NCBI GenBank assembly: GCA_037447605.1 | Contig: CM074812.1 | Location: 3,286,001-3,350,000 of the forward strand | DNA from: Zygnema circumcarinatum SAG 698-1b | Lineage: Eukaryota > Plantae > Zygnematophyceae | Length of the DNA stretch: 64,000 bases | Reading direction: 5' to 3' | Part shown: piece by piece, positions 38,620 through 50,600 of the stretch | Layout of the letters: the number at the start of each line of letters is the position of its first letter | Position numbering within the stretch: the stretch's first letter is position 1 | Position numbers and translations under genes: made by a program | The notes under the pieces: generated by a model | The model's database searches: none | What the model was told of the DNA's origin: nothing | What the model saw: the letters and a program-made list of their open reading frames with translations, nothing else

Positions 38620-39309
38620 GAGCTGACTGCGGCTCATCATTGCACGGGACGAGTGCAGTCTGTACGAGACGAAGACGAGAACGAGACGCTCTCGTCATGA
38701 ATAGATCCTGTCCTTCACTTCCACTGAGCAGCATTGTGCCTGCAGCCGCTTACTTTCACATGTGGCGCGTGAAAGTGAACCTGAGGACAGGACGAGGACA
38801 GGATGCGGACGACGAGCTGGTGCTTGTGTTGTATTTAAGCACAGAAGTTAGTCCATTATGGAAAGCCACTGTGTTGTACAAAAGCAAGGAAAAAGGTCGA
38901 TTACAGCAGCGTGATGTTAAGGCTGCTCAGTTGTGGAAGCCAAATGAAAGGATGGAACTTCAAAGAAATTCTTATGGAGTCCTTCATGAAACAATTTTGA
39001 CCACTTCCTTTCGTTGCCTTCTCGACCAAGAGGCCTCCTCGTGCTTGCCTGACCGGGACCAGCATGTCCTCAGAAAGGAAACGAATCCTCACAGTATAAT
39101 ACTCTCACAATTCCCCATGAGTCTCTCCATACTACCGGTTGCCAATCGTCCCTGCTGATGCCAACAACATTGCTGCTCGAGCTCCTCCCTTTTCGCTGAA
39201 TTTCCAAGCATTACGCTGAATTTCCAAGCATTATGCATACATTAGGAGCAAGATGGTGAAGGGGACACTAGAGACCTGCTCAACATATGAAGCTCAGCGA
39301 TTACAAGTG

Positions 39310-39488
39310 CGGCCATGCTCCCTTCGCGGCTGCTTCGAGGGAAGGCTTGAAGCGTTGTTGTGCTTAGGCGTAGTTTTCCTCTCTTAGCTTTATCCTTTTG
39401 TGCTTATAGGTCCTTTACGACCAGTTTTTCGTGGTTCCCCATGCTGATTTTGTCCATGTACATTTGAGGGCCTCGCCATCGTCAATGC
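39310..39488 (+). mobile_element. Short 3'-UTR-only copy of the CRE-like element
   Basis: TTAGGCGTAGTTTTCC...TCCATGTACATTTGA.GGCCTCGCCATCG is homologous to 42700-42840; a weaker relic lies at about 44505-44600. Confidence 0.75.
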
Positions 39489-39800
39489 TGTTGGTGCAGC
39501 GCCCTCCTTGCGAGGTGCTGCAACCTCTCCTCCACCCTCGGTGGAACTTGACATCTTGAATGACTTGCTCAATCACACAAAAAGATGTAAAACACAAGGA
39601 ATACACTCAGTGCAAGAGTGAGAAACTCAGCGAAAACAAGAAGATGTAAGGAGAAAGCCTCTAGCCTAAAACTCCTTAAGATAAAGATAAATACAACTTG
39701 ACGACACTAGAGCCAAGCTTCAAGCACCTCAACCCTAAGCAGCGTGAGTATAACACTCCACTACAAGCTGAACTCTTCCCACTATCTTCTAGGCCCAAAG
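39489..39800 (-). mobile_element. LTR fragment or solo LTR on the minus strand
   Basis: Ends ...CACCAACA on the minus strand at 39489; carries the shared LTR core motif at about 39649-39677; other boundary not resolved. Confidence 0.5.
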
Positions 39801-40088
39801 CAAGATAGCCTCACTTCCCCTTGTGAGGCACGAAGTAAGCCTTCTTTACTATACACCATTGCTGTGTGACGTCCTTCCTCTTGACCGGACGTCACGTCAC
39901 AGCGGCCACTTTGCAGATGCATGCATTCAGCAGCCAGCAAAACGTTCAATAGCCAGCTATGCGGCTCCGCGTGAACCTACGCTATTACCGACCTATGTAA
40001 GGCCTTCCGTACTGTTCCGCCGCCTGGCCGTACACATCCACCGCCCGTACTCGCATATCTGCCGCCCGCGCCCATCTTGACTCGGTCC

Positions 40089-43000
40089 TATAGATCCGTA
40101 TTATACACTTTGAGGTTCACTGATCGCATTCGTGCCCTGTCGGCGTCTGCCGCCACTCGCCCGCCCTCCCTTTCGGACGCCTCCGCTCGACATCGTCGGG
40201 CAGTTCAGTTAGGCCGATGCGGGGAGTTGTCTCGCGCTGCTCGCGCTCTTCGACCCTTTACGCCCNNNNNNNNNNATCCGGATGCGCCTGCGGATGTCCC
40301 TTCCTTCATCGACACTTTTGAGCCTGTCGACTCGTTTGTGCTTGATCGTGCCGCTTTCATTCGGGCGCTTACTCGCTCCCCTCATTTGTCTGCAGGGGGG
40401 CCTTCGGGCATGGTTTATGAGTTGCTTCGTGATGTGTTTTCTCCAGACACCGGGGATAGTGGGTTTGGTTTGCTTTTTCAGCTTGCTTGTGTCATATCGC
40501 AGGGTCGTGTTCCCTCGTCCGTGAGTCATATTCTTACGTCAGCTCGTTTGGTTGCCCTTGCCAAGCCTGCAGGGGGAGTTCGCCCCATAGCCGTAGGGGA
40601 GGTTTTGTATCGCATGGTTGCTCGCGCTATGTGTTTTCAGTTACAGGGGGCTTTTCAGGATCATTTTTCCCCTTACCAGTTTGGTGTGGCGACCCCTGGG
40701 GGCTGCGAGGCCGTAGTTCATGGCATTCGTGCGACGTTGGATCTTCACCCTGATTGGGTTGTTTTGCAGGTTGATGTGACAAATGCTTTTAATACGGTGG
40801 ATCGTCATGAGATTTTTCGCGAGTTACGAGAGGCCCCTGCACCGATTGCGTCCCTTTTTCCTTTTGTGCGCACATTTTATTCTCGTTCGAGCCCGCTCCT
40901 TTTTCCTCTTGGCGATGCATCTGGTGGAGTGGCGACCTTGGAGTCTGCGACCGGGACCCGCCAAGGCGACCCTTTAGGAGGTCCTTTGTTCGCTTTGGCG
41001 CACATTCGTGCGCTTCGAGCTTCGGCACAGGCTTTTCCAGGCTGCCTTTTTCCATCAGTGGCCGACGATACTCATATCATTGGCCCTGCTGACCAGGTCG
41101 TTGCCGCGTTTACTGATTTTACTACTCGATTGGCCGCTATGCGTTTGACGGTAAATTTGTCGAAGTGTTTTGCTTGGTCTCCGGTTGGTATCCCTTCTAC
41201 CCTTTCGCTCCCTTGTGGTATCCAGACTTGTGCTGATGGAATTGGTATTCGTGTTTTAGGCTGCCCTTTTGGCGTTGCATCTTATGTTGATCGTTTTGTT
41301 GATGATGCTTTGGTTGAGGATACGTCTCAGGTCGATGAGCTTCCACATCTTTCAGATCCTCAGGTGGCTTTTTCTTTGCTTACTCGTTGTTTTGCTTTGC
41401 GTCCGTCATACCTTTTGCGAACTCTCCCTCCTAACCCTGCTTTCCTTGAGTCATTGCAATCTTTCGATGAGCGTTTGTTTTCTGTATGTCATCGCCTTTT
41501 GGGTCCTGGTATTTTCGATCGACCGGAGGGTCCGCTTGCACGTACGCAAGCCTCGCTCCCTATTTCGGCGGGCGGTTTAGGACTCATCCCGACAATTCGT
41601 GTGGCGCCTTCTGCGTTTTTGGGTAGTTGGGCTCTAGTTGCTCCTATTTTGTCTTAGCGTTTTATTGTGGCTGATCGTCCGTTGCTTCTGTCTGTTGTCG
41701 CTCATGTTGTTGTTGGTGATCTTCCGTTTCAGGTTGCATTGCGTGATGCCCATGGTTTGCTTCCCTGCTAGTGCTCGTGTTCGGTGCCCTCGCTTTGTTT
41801 CCCGCCGCCGAGCCTGCTGTTCCACGCCCAACTCACTTTTGACTACGATGAGGTTGTTGCTGCTGAGTTCTCTACCCTTATTGGCGGCTCGATGTTGCGC
41901 TGTAAGTCGGCTTCGGCTTCTTGTGCGGGTCCTTGGCTAGCTTGGTTGGCTGTTACCCCATATTTTCCACCCTTCGTTTGGACCCCTCAGGCCAGTTTCA
42001 GTTTGCAGCGCCACTTCGCCTCGGCTCCCCCATCCGCCATTGCAGGGTTCTCCTCGCTGTGTTTGTGGTGATTCGTTGATGCGCAGGGCGCTCATCTACT
42101 TCGATAAAAGTACACGGGCTGCAACGACGGCTCATACGTTGTGATGGCGCGACAAGCTGCGGTGGCTCAAGAAGGCCAACTACTCAGCGACGGGAGCCTG
42201 AGCCACCTGGTGTCCCCACGGCCACCATCATGAGCGCTGGAGTCGCCTCTATTTGCCTTCTTATGGATGGTGCCCGGCGATTTTTGGGGATATTGTGTTG
42301 GCCGCATCCAACCGCCGCCATTTACGGTCACGCAAAGACATCATGACGGCGGGTTGCTCAAGCGGGATGCAGCCTTTCTAAAGGAGCGCAGTATATGCTC
42401 ACCGTGATGCAGCCGACGAATTTGTTCCTATGGCTATTGAGATTTTTGGCTGCCTTCGCATTACCCTCGCTGATACTTCTTCTCGCCAGTGCGCCTCATC
42501 GCTTTCGGTGATGCATCGCCCCTAAAGCCCTCCTCCCAAAGGATCTTGGCTACCTTTTATCGACAGCGCATTTCCGTCGCCCTTCAGCGTTGCCTTGCTT
42601 CTACGCTTCTTCGGCGTGCTGCAGTTGTTGGTGACCGTGTTGGTGGACTTCCGCCGCTCCCTCCTCGCGACGTGCCTCACATCGGTGACCTTCGCGGCTG
42701 CTTCTAGGGCTGCGTTGTTGTGCCTAGGCGTAGTTTTCCGCTCCTAGCTTTGTTTTATTGTGTTTCGGTCCTTTGTGACCAGTCCTTCGTGGTTCCACAT
42801 TTTGCCTTTATCCATGTACATTTGATGGCCTCGCCATCGCGAGTTCAATGAAAGTTTGCTTCCTTTGAGGTTCGATACAATGTATAATACAGTATTAATA
42901 CTGTATTATACACTGTATAATACCTTAACGCAACTGTTAACAGCCGTACAATCGGAACATAGACCCGTACGGAAATCATGTACGGAATGAGTGTACGAAC

Positions 43001-43218
43001 GTGTACGGACCAAGTCACACGTGTTGAGTGTTTGGCAAGTGACGTGACTTGGCAAGTTCTGGAATTTCAATATTATAATCAAATTTTGTTCAACTAACCA
43101 CGAAAATAAAAAAAATACGTTAAATACATTAAAAATACACTGTATTTTTAAAATGTTGTATAATACGCATGTATTATACAGTGTATTAATACACGCGTTT
43201 GATACATACGGATCTATA
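40089..43218. mobile_element. hAT-like MITE (about 375 bp) interrupted by a LINE
   Basis: 13-bp perfect TIR TATAGATCCGTAT; 8-bp TSD CTCGGTCC at 40081-40088 and 43219-43226; GTACGG subterminal repeats. Confidence 0.85.
40119..42862 (+). mobile_element. CRE-clade (restriction-like endonuclease) non-LTR retrotransposon, 5'-truncated and degenerate
   Basis: RT ORF to 41657 with SAGGPSG, RPIAVGEVLYR, QFGV, DVTNAFN, GTRQGDPLG, VADD; stop and frameshifts follow; 11-bp TSD CTTTGAGGTTC at 40108-40118 and 42863-42873; no poly(A). Confidence 0.88.
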
Positions 43219-43353
43219 CTCGGTCCCCACTTCAGTTGACCTTGTCAGGGCTTGCGGACTCCACTAACCGGCTGTCCACGTGGCACCGCTTGATTCGTAG
43301 TCGACATTCCGAAACGCCACCTGCTGACTCCTTGCGCTGTCCATGCGACGCGC

Positions 43354-44252
43354 CATATGCAGGCCTCTTCAAATAGGGGAGATCCCCTAAATATCGTAAA
43401 TAGCTTATTTATGTAAGATTTTGAGATTAGTTTACGTGATTTCAACTTAAATACCACACAAGCCCCAAAAAAGCATTTTTTTGGTTAAAAACAAAAAGGA
43501 AATGAATTGCATTTGCAACCACGATAGCAATGATGTATATGAACTTTACTTGTTGGTATAACAACACGGCTTTAGAAACTGGTGCAACCTCTTCGACTCT
43601 TATAGATTGGTAAATTTTACCAATCAATTAGAACAACTGTGCATTTGGCAATCACAACATATAGTTGCTTATTCAAAAACCCAATTGCACTGAAACTTTG
43701 TAGATCCAATCCTAAGCTCTCTATTTCCTTTTCCATCCATCATTAATTACTCCAAGTATCATTTTAGAATCCATCATAGTCTTGAAATTTCCTCACAAAA
43801 ACTTTATTCCAAATCATAACCTCTGAAATTCTAGGTGTAGTCACAAAAGAAAAACTGAAATAGGAACTAAAATTAGAAATGAAATGAAAAATGGTCTCAC
43901 TCCCTTAGGAGTTTTAGGCTGATCAAGACAGCTATAGAAGTAATGCAAACTACTCAAAGAGACCCTCAAAGAGCGGTCAAACTATCAAACTGTTTGCAGT
44001 GAAGAATGCCTTCCAATGAAAAGTCTGTCAACCTCTTTCGAAACTCGTCTTTCTCCCATCCAATTACTGAAAAATCAGACTCGACGGTAGCAGTGTTGGG
44101 AAATGATGAAGCAAGGTCTCCACAAAATTATCGTCCGTACGTGTACGGTTTCGTCCTTACAGTCCATATTTACGTGTGTTTACAAAACCAAGTTAGGGGA
44201 CAGTCCCCTATCTTAAGCCGAAATCCCCTATTTGAAGAGGCCTGGCCATATG
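43354..44252. mobile_element. AT-rich segment bracketed by a 21-bp perfect inverted repeat (possible non-autonomous DNA transposon)
   Basis: CAGGCCTCTTCAAATAGGGGA at 43360-43380 is mirrored at 44224-44244; termini and TSD not resolved. Confidence 0.45.
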
Positions 44253-44649
44253 CCCATATGTCGCACGCTCCGTACTCCGTACTCGCGCAGATATCCAAAC
44301 TCCGCGCGCTAGGCGCACACCTCCGAAGTATCGTAGGTGTGCGAAACCCGGTCCATCATGTAACACCGTCACTAAGAGCACACCCCCGCCATTTAAAACT
44401 TAATACCAACTTAGTGTATGCATCCCAACTCCCAAGTGACCAACTAGCTACTATTCACTAACAAATGCCACTTCCGTATTAGTGATTATTATCTCGTTGT
44501 TAAGCCTAAATGTAGGTTTCCGCTCATAATGACCCGTTTCTCGTGGTTCCCACGATGATTTTGTCCATATATATTTGACACCATTGCCATTGTGCGATCA
44601 ATGCCACTTCATTGATCGTCACATCAATGCACGGTGGCAGTCCACGCGG

Positions 44650-45205
44650 CAGCTAAAGCTGGATGACTAAAGGCGGATGACTAAAGCTTGATAACTAAAG
44701 CTCGATGACTAAAACTCAATGACTAAAGCTTGATGACTAATGCTCGATGATTAAACCAAACAACTAAAGCTCGATGACTAAAGCTGGACAACTAGACCTC
44801 GATAACCAAAGCTCGATGACTAAAACTGGATGACTCAAGCCGGATGACTAAAGCTCGATGGCTAAATTGAACGACTAAAGCTCAATGACTAAAGCCAGAT
44901 GACTAATTTTGATGACTAAAGGTGGGGACGACTAAAGCTCGACCACTATATCTCGATGACTAAAAGCCGGATGACTAAAGCTCGATGACTAAAACTCGAT
45001 GACTAAACCAATTGACTAAAGCTCAATGACTAAAGCCGGATGACTAAAGCTCAATGACTAATCCGGATGACTAAAGCCATATGACTAAAGTTTGATGACT
45101 AAAGCTCGACGACTAAGGCAGAATGACTTAAGCCGGATAACTAAAGGATGACTAAAGCTAGATATCAAAAGCTGGATGACTAAAACTTGATGACTAAAGC
45201 TGGAT
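44650..45205. repeat. About 14-15-bp tandem array (GATGACTAAAGCTC)n
   Basis: Dozens of imperfect units with a GACTAA core. Confidence 0.9.
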
Positions 45206-46705
45206 GGGTTTTTAAGGATTTAGGGGGCTTTTAGGACAAAGCGTGACTAAGAGTGCTTCTAATCACTCTTAGTCACAGCCGCTTTTAGTCACGCTTAGTC
45301 ACAGCCGCCCTTAGTCAGGCTCAATCACAGCCACTTATTCCCGCTTAGTCACAACCACTTAGTCAGGATTAGTCACATTCACTCTTAGTCACGCTTAGTC
45401 ACATGTTGTGGTGTGGCCATCGTTTATGTCGAGAGTGTGTGAACGGACATCCTTCAGCCATCTGCACGTGGATTCCAACTTGAACTTTCCATGTTCCATT
45501 TCTCATTCCCTGTCCTTAGTGTCAATAGGTCACCCCGCGCTTCACAGGGAAGGGTTCTTTGACATATCCGTGCAAAAATTGTGACTACGCGTGACTAAGA
45601 GCGGCTGTGACTAAGCGTGACTAAGAGTGGTTGTGACTAAGAGTGACTAAAAGCGGCTATGACTAAGCGTGACTAAGACCGGCTGACTAAGCGTGACAAA
45701 AAGCGGCTGTGATTAAGTGTGATTAAGAGCAATTGTGACTAAGCATGACAAAGAGCAGCTGTGACTAAGCGTGACTAAGAGCGGCTGTGACCAAGCATGA
45801 TTTAAAGCGATTGTGACTAAGCATGACTAAGAGTAACTGTGACTAAGCGTGACTAAGTGATTGTGACTAAGTGTAACTAAGAACAATTGTGACTAAGCAT
45901 AACTAAGAGCAAGTGTGACTAAGCGTGACTAAGAGCAGCGGTGACTAAACGTGACTAAAAGCTGCTGTGACTAAGCATGACTAAGAGCAGCTGTGACTAA
46001 GCATGACTAAGAGCAGCTGTGACTAAGCGTGACTAAGAGCGGTTATGACTAAGCGTGATTAAGGGCGTGTTTGATAGCATGATGAAGAGTGGCTGTGACT
46101 AAGCGTGACTAAGAGCGGATGTGACTAAGGATGACTAGGAGCGGCTTTGACTAAGTGCGACTAGGAGCGGCTGTGACTAAGCGTGGATAAAAGCGGCAAC
46201 TAAGAGTGACTTAAATCGGCTATGACTAAGCATGACTAAGAGCGGCTGTGACTAAGTGTGACTAAGAGCCACTATGGCTAAGGCGACTAAAAGCGACTGT
46301 GTCTAAACATGATTAAAAGCGGCTGTGACTAAACGTGATTAATAAGCATGACTAAGAGCGGCTGTGACTATGCGTGACTAAGAACGGCTGTGACTAAACG
46401 TGACTAAAAGCTGCTGTGACTAAGCGTGACTAAGAGCGACTGTGACTAAGCGTTACTAAGAGCGGATGTGACTAACTAAGCGTGATAAAGAGTGGATGTG
46501 ACTAAGCATGACTAAGAGCAACGGTGACTAAGTGTGACTAAGAACGGTTGTGACTAAGTATGACTAAGAGCGGCTGTGACTAAACGTGACTAACAGGGGC
46601 TATTACTAAGGGAGACTAAGATCCTAAAAACCCTAAAAACCCTAAAAACGCTAAAAACCCTAAAAGTCCTTAAAACCCTAAAAACCCCTAAGAACCCTAA
46701 AAACC
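45205..46705. repeat. Foldback-like structure: inverted GTGACTAA arrays around a unique core of about 176 bp, with telomere-like ends
   Basis: TTAGTCAC units at about 45265-45404 oppose 25-bp GTGACTAAGCGTGACTAAGAGCGGCT units at about 45581-46620; TTTAGGG-like left end, CCCTAAAAA right end. Confidence 0.75.
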
Positions 46706-46800
46706 TTGATGAGCATGACATCAACACCTTGTTGTGTTAGTTTTGGGCACTTGACGTAAATGTATCATCCTGCTTACGTGACTACATTGCACTGTAAACA

Positions 46801-46978
46801 TGTTAGTGTTAGTGTATGATAGTTAGACATTGTATGGCACACACTAACTTGTTGTGGTACTCAGTTTGTAGAACATGAGATCTGCTAGGCGTAGTGCTCT
46901 TAGATTTAGGAATGTCGGTGCTCTGACTCAGGTGAGTGCGCCGCGAGTGCGCGGAGTACGAACGAGCGGCGCTGATTG
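46801..46978 (+). mobile_element. 5' part of a Copia-family LTR, cut by an N gap
   Basis: First about 120 nt match the LTR starting at 53896, then the two diverge. Confidence 0.8.
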
Positions 46979-46988
46979 NNNNNNNNNN

Positions 46989-47678
46989 TAGGCTGGAGAT
47001 GCTGACTTCAGATGACTTCTGTCCGGAGTGGGAGAAATGAAGAAGTTGCTAAGATAGAGGAGGCTGAGCAGTCTTGAAGCGTTGAAGCGAAGACCTTGAA
47101 GATTCGAGGAGCTGCGAGTGATCATGGAGATCAAGTGGCGGCAAGGAGCGCTGGGAGGCGCGGCTGGTGGCAACGGAATCAAGGGACGAGCAGAGTGTGG
47201 AGAATGTCATCATGATGATGGTGCAGTACACTTCCCTTATTAGTATTCCTTGGAAAGTCACTAAAGCTGAAGGAGGTGTTTTTCAGATGCATATGAAGGT
47301 GCAAGAGTTACACTCGTTGGAGAATTTGACACGCAATCAAGAAAGTGTCAAGCAGGGTTTGTAGGACCTTGATAGGGGAAGAGGAACATCTGGTTAGCTG
47401 GCTCATTGATGGAGTAAGTGAGCAGAATTAAGACCCCAAAGGTGGAGTACAAAAGGAGGGTGCAGAGATGTCAAAGCTAGAGGTGGCTTTGGAGGACCAG
47501 TCCTTGTACAAGGAGGCTGTTTAGCTTAAGAGGGGGTAGTTAAGGTGTTCAGATTCGACCTTGGCAGATGGTGCGGAGGGGAGCTTGTCCATGGGGGACA
47601 AAGGTAGTTCATAGTGTGGGGTCCCAGGATCGTGTAGAGGAAGTTGTTGGTGAAGACGGCACTTCATTTGGGTGGAGG
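46989..47678 (+). mobile_element. Second copy of the internal region of the non-coding LTR element
   Basis: Closely similar but not identical to 50315-51003; bounded by N gaps. Confidence 0.8.
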
Positions 47679-47688
47679 NNNNNNNNNN

Positions 47689-50600
47689 GAGGCCTAGAGG
47701 AGTCCGGCCTTGTGTATGAAGGTCGTGAAGGAACTAGCTCTCATCATGCTAAGCTTTAGTGAAGGAGCTAGATGGTGTGTCCCTCATGTGTTGAGGTAGA
47801 GGAGGAGTTCATGGAGGCGAGTAGTGCTTGGCTACTGCAGTTGGGGTGTAGGCTATCTATGAGAGGATAGGATAGTGCTCATGTGAGGAGGAGAATCTAG
47901 CATAAGGGATCTATGTAGATTTCCTCAAGAGCTTGTATTACACTCATGAAGTTTAAGGAGTTTTAGGGCCGTGGGCTTTCTCCTTACTACTGTATCATTC
48001 GTCATGTGAGTCCTCGTGTTGGATTGGCGTGGTGGATGAGTGGAGGCGACCATTGTATGGGCGGTGTGTTGCTCCACACGAGGAGACCATTGGAGGAGCG
48101 TGGAGTTGAGGAGCCGAGACCATGGAGGAGATGAAGAAGTGCACTTGTTGAGGTGGGGTGTTTAGTTTCCGCTGTGCGCACCTGGCAAGAGGTGGACGAG
48201 AAGGCATATCGTGGCGGAAGCGGTATGTGGCCCAAGGAGAAGAAAAAGAAAAGTTTTGAGCTCTGATACCCAGGGCATGTGTTGCCCTTTCCTTGTGTCT
48301 TTCCTTTCTTGCTGCCCCTTGCACCAACAAGTGGTATCAGAGCTAAGGGTTGAAGTCTTGGAGCATCTAGTGCTTAAGATTCAGTCTTAGAGCTTATGGT
48401 TGCAATCCGAAAGAGTACCAAGTGAGAGTGAGGGTCTTGGAGCATACTAGAGTGGGGGGTTTCAGATCCTTGAGAGTATGAGTTCCAAAGAGATAGATCC
48501 TTGACTAGAGAAAGAGCTAAAGGGTAGTTCTTTGGGGGAGCCGAATAGTTGGCTCAAAGGTACTCAAGAAGGATAGTTATGGTCAAACTCCTAATCACGT
48601 TGATGGTCTCATTTGTAGCAAGCAAGTTGCCGAAGACTTAGCTTTGAGGAGCTAGAGTCATGAGAGGATGCGTTGAAGTACTAGTCTTGACAGCTCAAGG
48701 GAAGAGTGCGAAAGAAGGCTAGGTTAACGGCATTCGAAGTGGCGCTGTTTTGAGAGACTTGGCTCAAGGGAGTCAAGGTCCGGCGGCGTGGAGGTGGTGC
48801 ATCGAGTTGCACACATTCGAGGTGACCCAACTCAACGGAGTTGGACGAGGCAGCGTGAGGGACGCACAAGCAAGGGTGGGACTTACCCTTTGGAAGCTTG
48901 TATGCTCGGATATGTCGAAGGCGAAGTTGCTTCATCGAAGGATTCGAGGGGAGGACTTGACGGCACTTCGAGAAGTGGAGAGGGCTCCAGTGCCATATCG
49001 AGATTGCCATGGTATGTGGAGGGGACTGCCCTCCCAAGCACGCTCTTGGGATTAGAGACTAGCTTTGGAGTTAGAGACTAATGAACTAGACTCTTCACAT
49101 AGGTTGTGGGAGAGGCTAAGAGAGGTGCAAGGTGGCAAGGAGTGCCAGGTAAGGAAATAGTTCACTTCAATGCGTTTGGGGTGAAGGAGGCCCAAGATCT
49201 AGGATCTAGGGGAGAAAGCTGCCCAAGGAACCATTGCTTGAATCCTGACTAGCCTGGTGGACAGAGCTAGTGGAATTGATAGTCACTAAGTTGTTAGTGA
49301 TGGACCACTAAGGAGGAGTTTAGGGAATTCCCCAAGGAGTAGTGGAGGAGATCAATTCGGAGGTAGGAAGGTCGCAACTTTCTACAAGGAGTCTACTTCA
49401 CGGAGGAGTAGATGTAGCAATGGAGGAGAATGGATCGAGTCAAGTGGCGTTGACGACCATTCAAGGAGGGGCAAGGCTGAAGTCGGACGAGGAGGATTCC
49501 ACTCCAAGTTGACTTGATGAAGACGAGAGATTATGGGAAGTCCTTTGGAGATCACATTGCTAACGAACTTGCAGGGCTGATTCTTGTGGAGGGATCATTC
49601 GGATCCAAGGAGACGTCAACATGGAGGCTCAAGTGTGTCCAGACGTGGACCTGATCTATGTTCGAAGAGTTTGCTGGGAGTGCACGCCTAGTTTACTCGA
49701 GGAACATGGGATAGAGATTTTTTCGGAGGAGGAGCCAAGTTGTTGATCTCAAGAGGAGGCAAGAGGAGCTGATGGATCTCGAAGGAGAAGTGGCGTATAG
49801 CCGTCCTGGAAGACAAGGTTAAATCATTTTGGAAGCAAGCAGGTGGAGTTAGATGCAGGTTGCTGTGAATTTCGTCACATGCAAGTAGTGGAGACCCTTG
49901 TGAAGGGTGAGAGCGGAGTAGCTTGTACTTCTTCGAAAAGGGGAAGGTGCAGCGGTGGACGTTGGCACGATAGCTTGTGGAGCTCGGCATCGAAGTACTT
50001 GGACACCTAAGCTGGAAGAGCTTGAAGACGCTTGCAAGGACTAGGATCTTGAGAGGTGCCTAGGTCCGGGAGTCACAAGAGGGAAGAGGCATCGACATGG
50101 AGCTGGCGAGATCGCACTCATGATGGGATGGCGCTCTAAAGCAAGGTACCGCAACCTTGCACCTTTTTGGTGATAGAATTTGGAGGGACAGGTTTCGGAT
50201 TTCCCTTAAAGGAAGAAGATAGTAAGACTCAGGTACATGGTTGGAGGAGGGTGCTTCTAGTGTAGCCCGAGAGACCCAATCGTGCCTATCATTAGCGGAG
50301 GAGCAGCAAGACCATAGGCTGGAGATGCTGACTTCAGATGACTTCTGTCCGGAGTGGGAGAAATGAAGAAGATGCTATGATAGAGGAGGCTGAGCAGTCT
50401 TGAAGCGTTGAAGCGAAGACCTTGAAGATTCGAGGAGCTGCAAGTGATCATGGAGATCAAGTGGCGGCAAGGAGCGCTTGGAGGTGCGGCTGGTGGCAAC
50501 GGAATCAAGGGACGAGCAGAGTGTGGAGAGTGTCATCATGATGATGGTGCAGTACAATTCCCTTCGTAGTATTCCTTGGAAAGTCACTAAAGCTGAAGGA

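Noticed and set aside
44650-46620. W-box array as a WRKY target
   Set aside because: Cores are mostly GTGACTAA/ATGACTAA, not TTGACY
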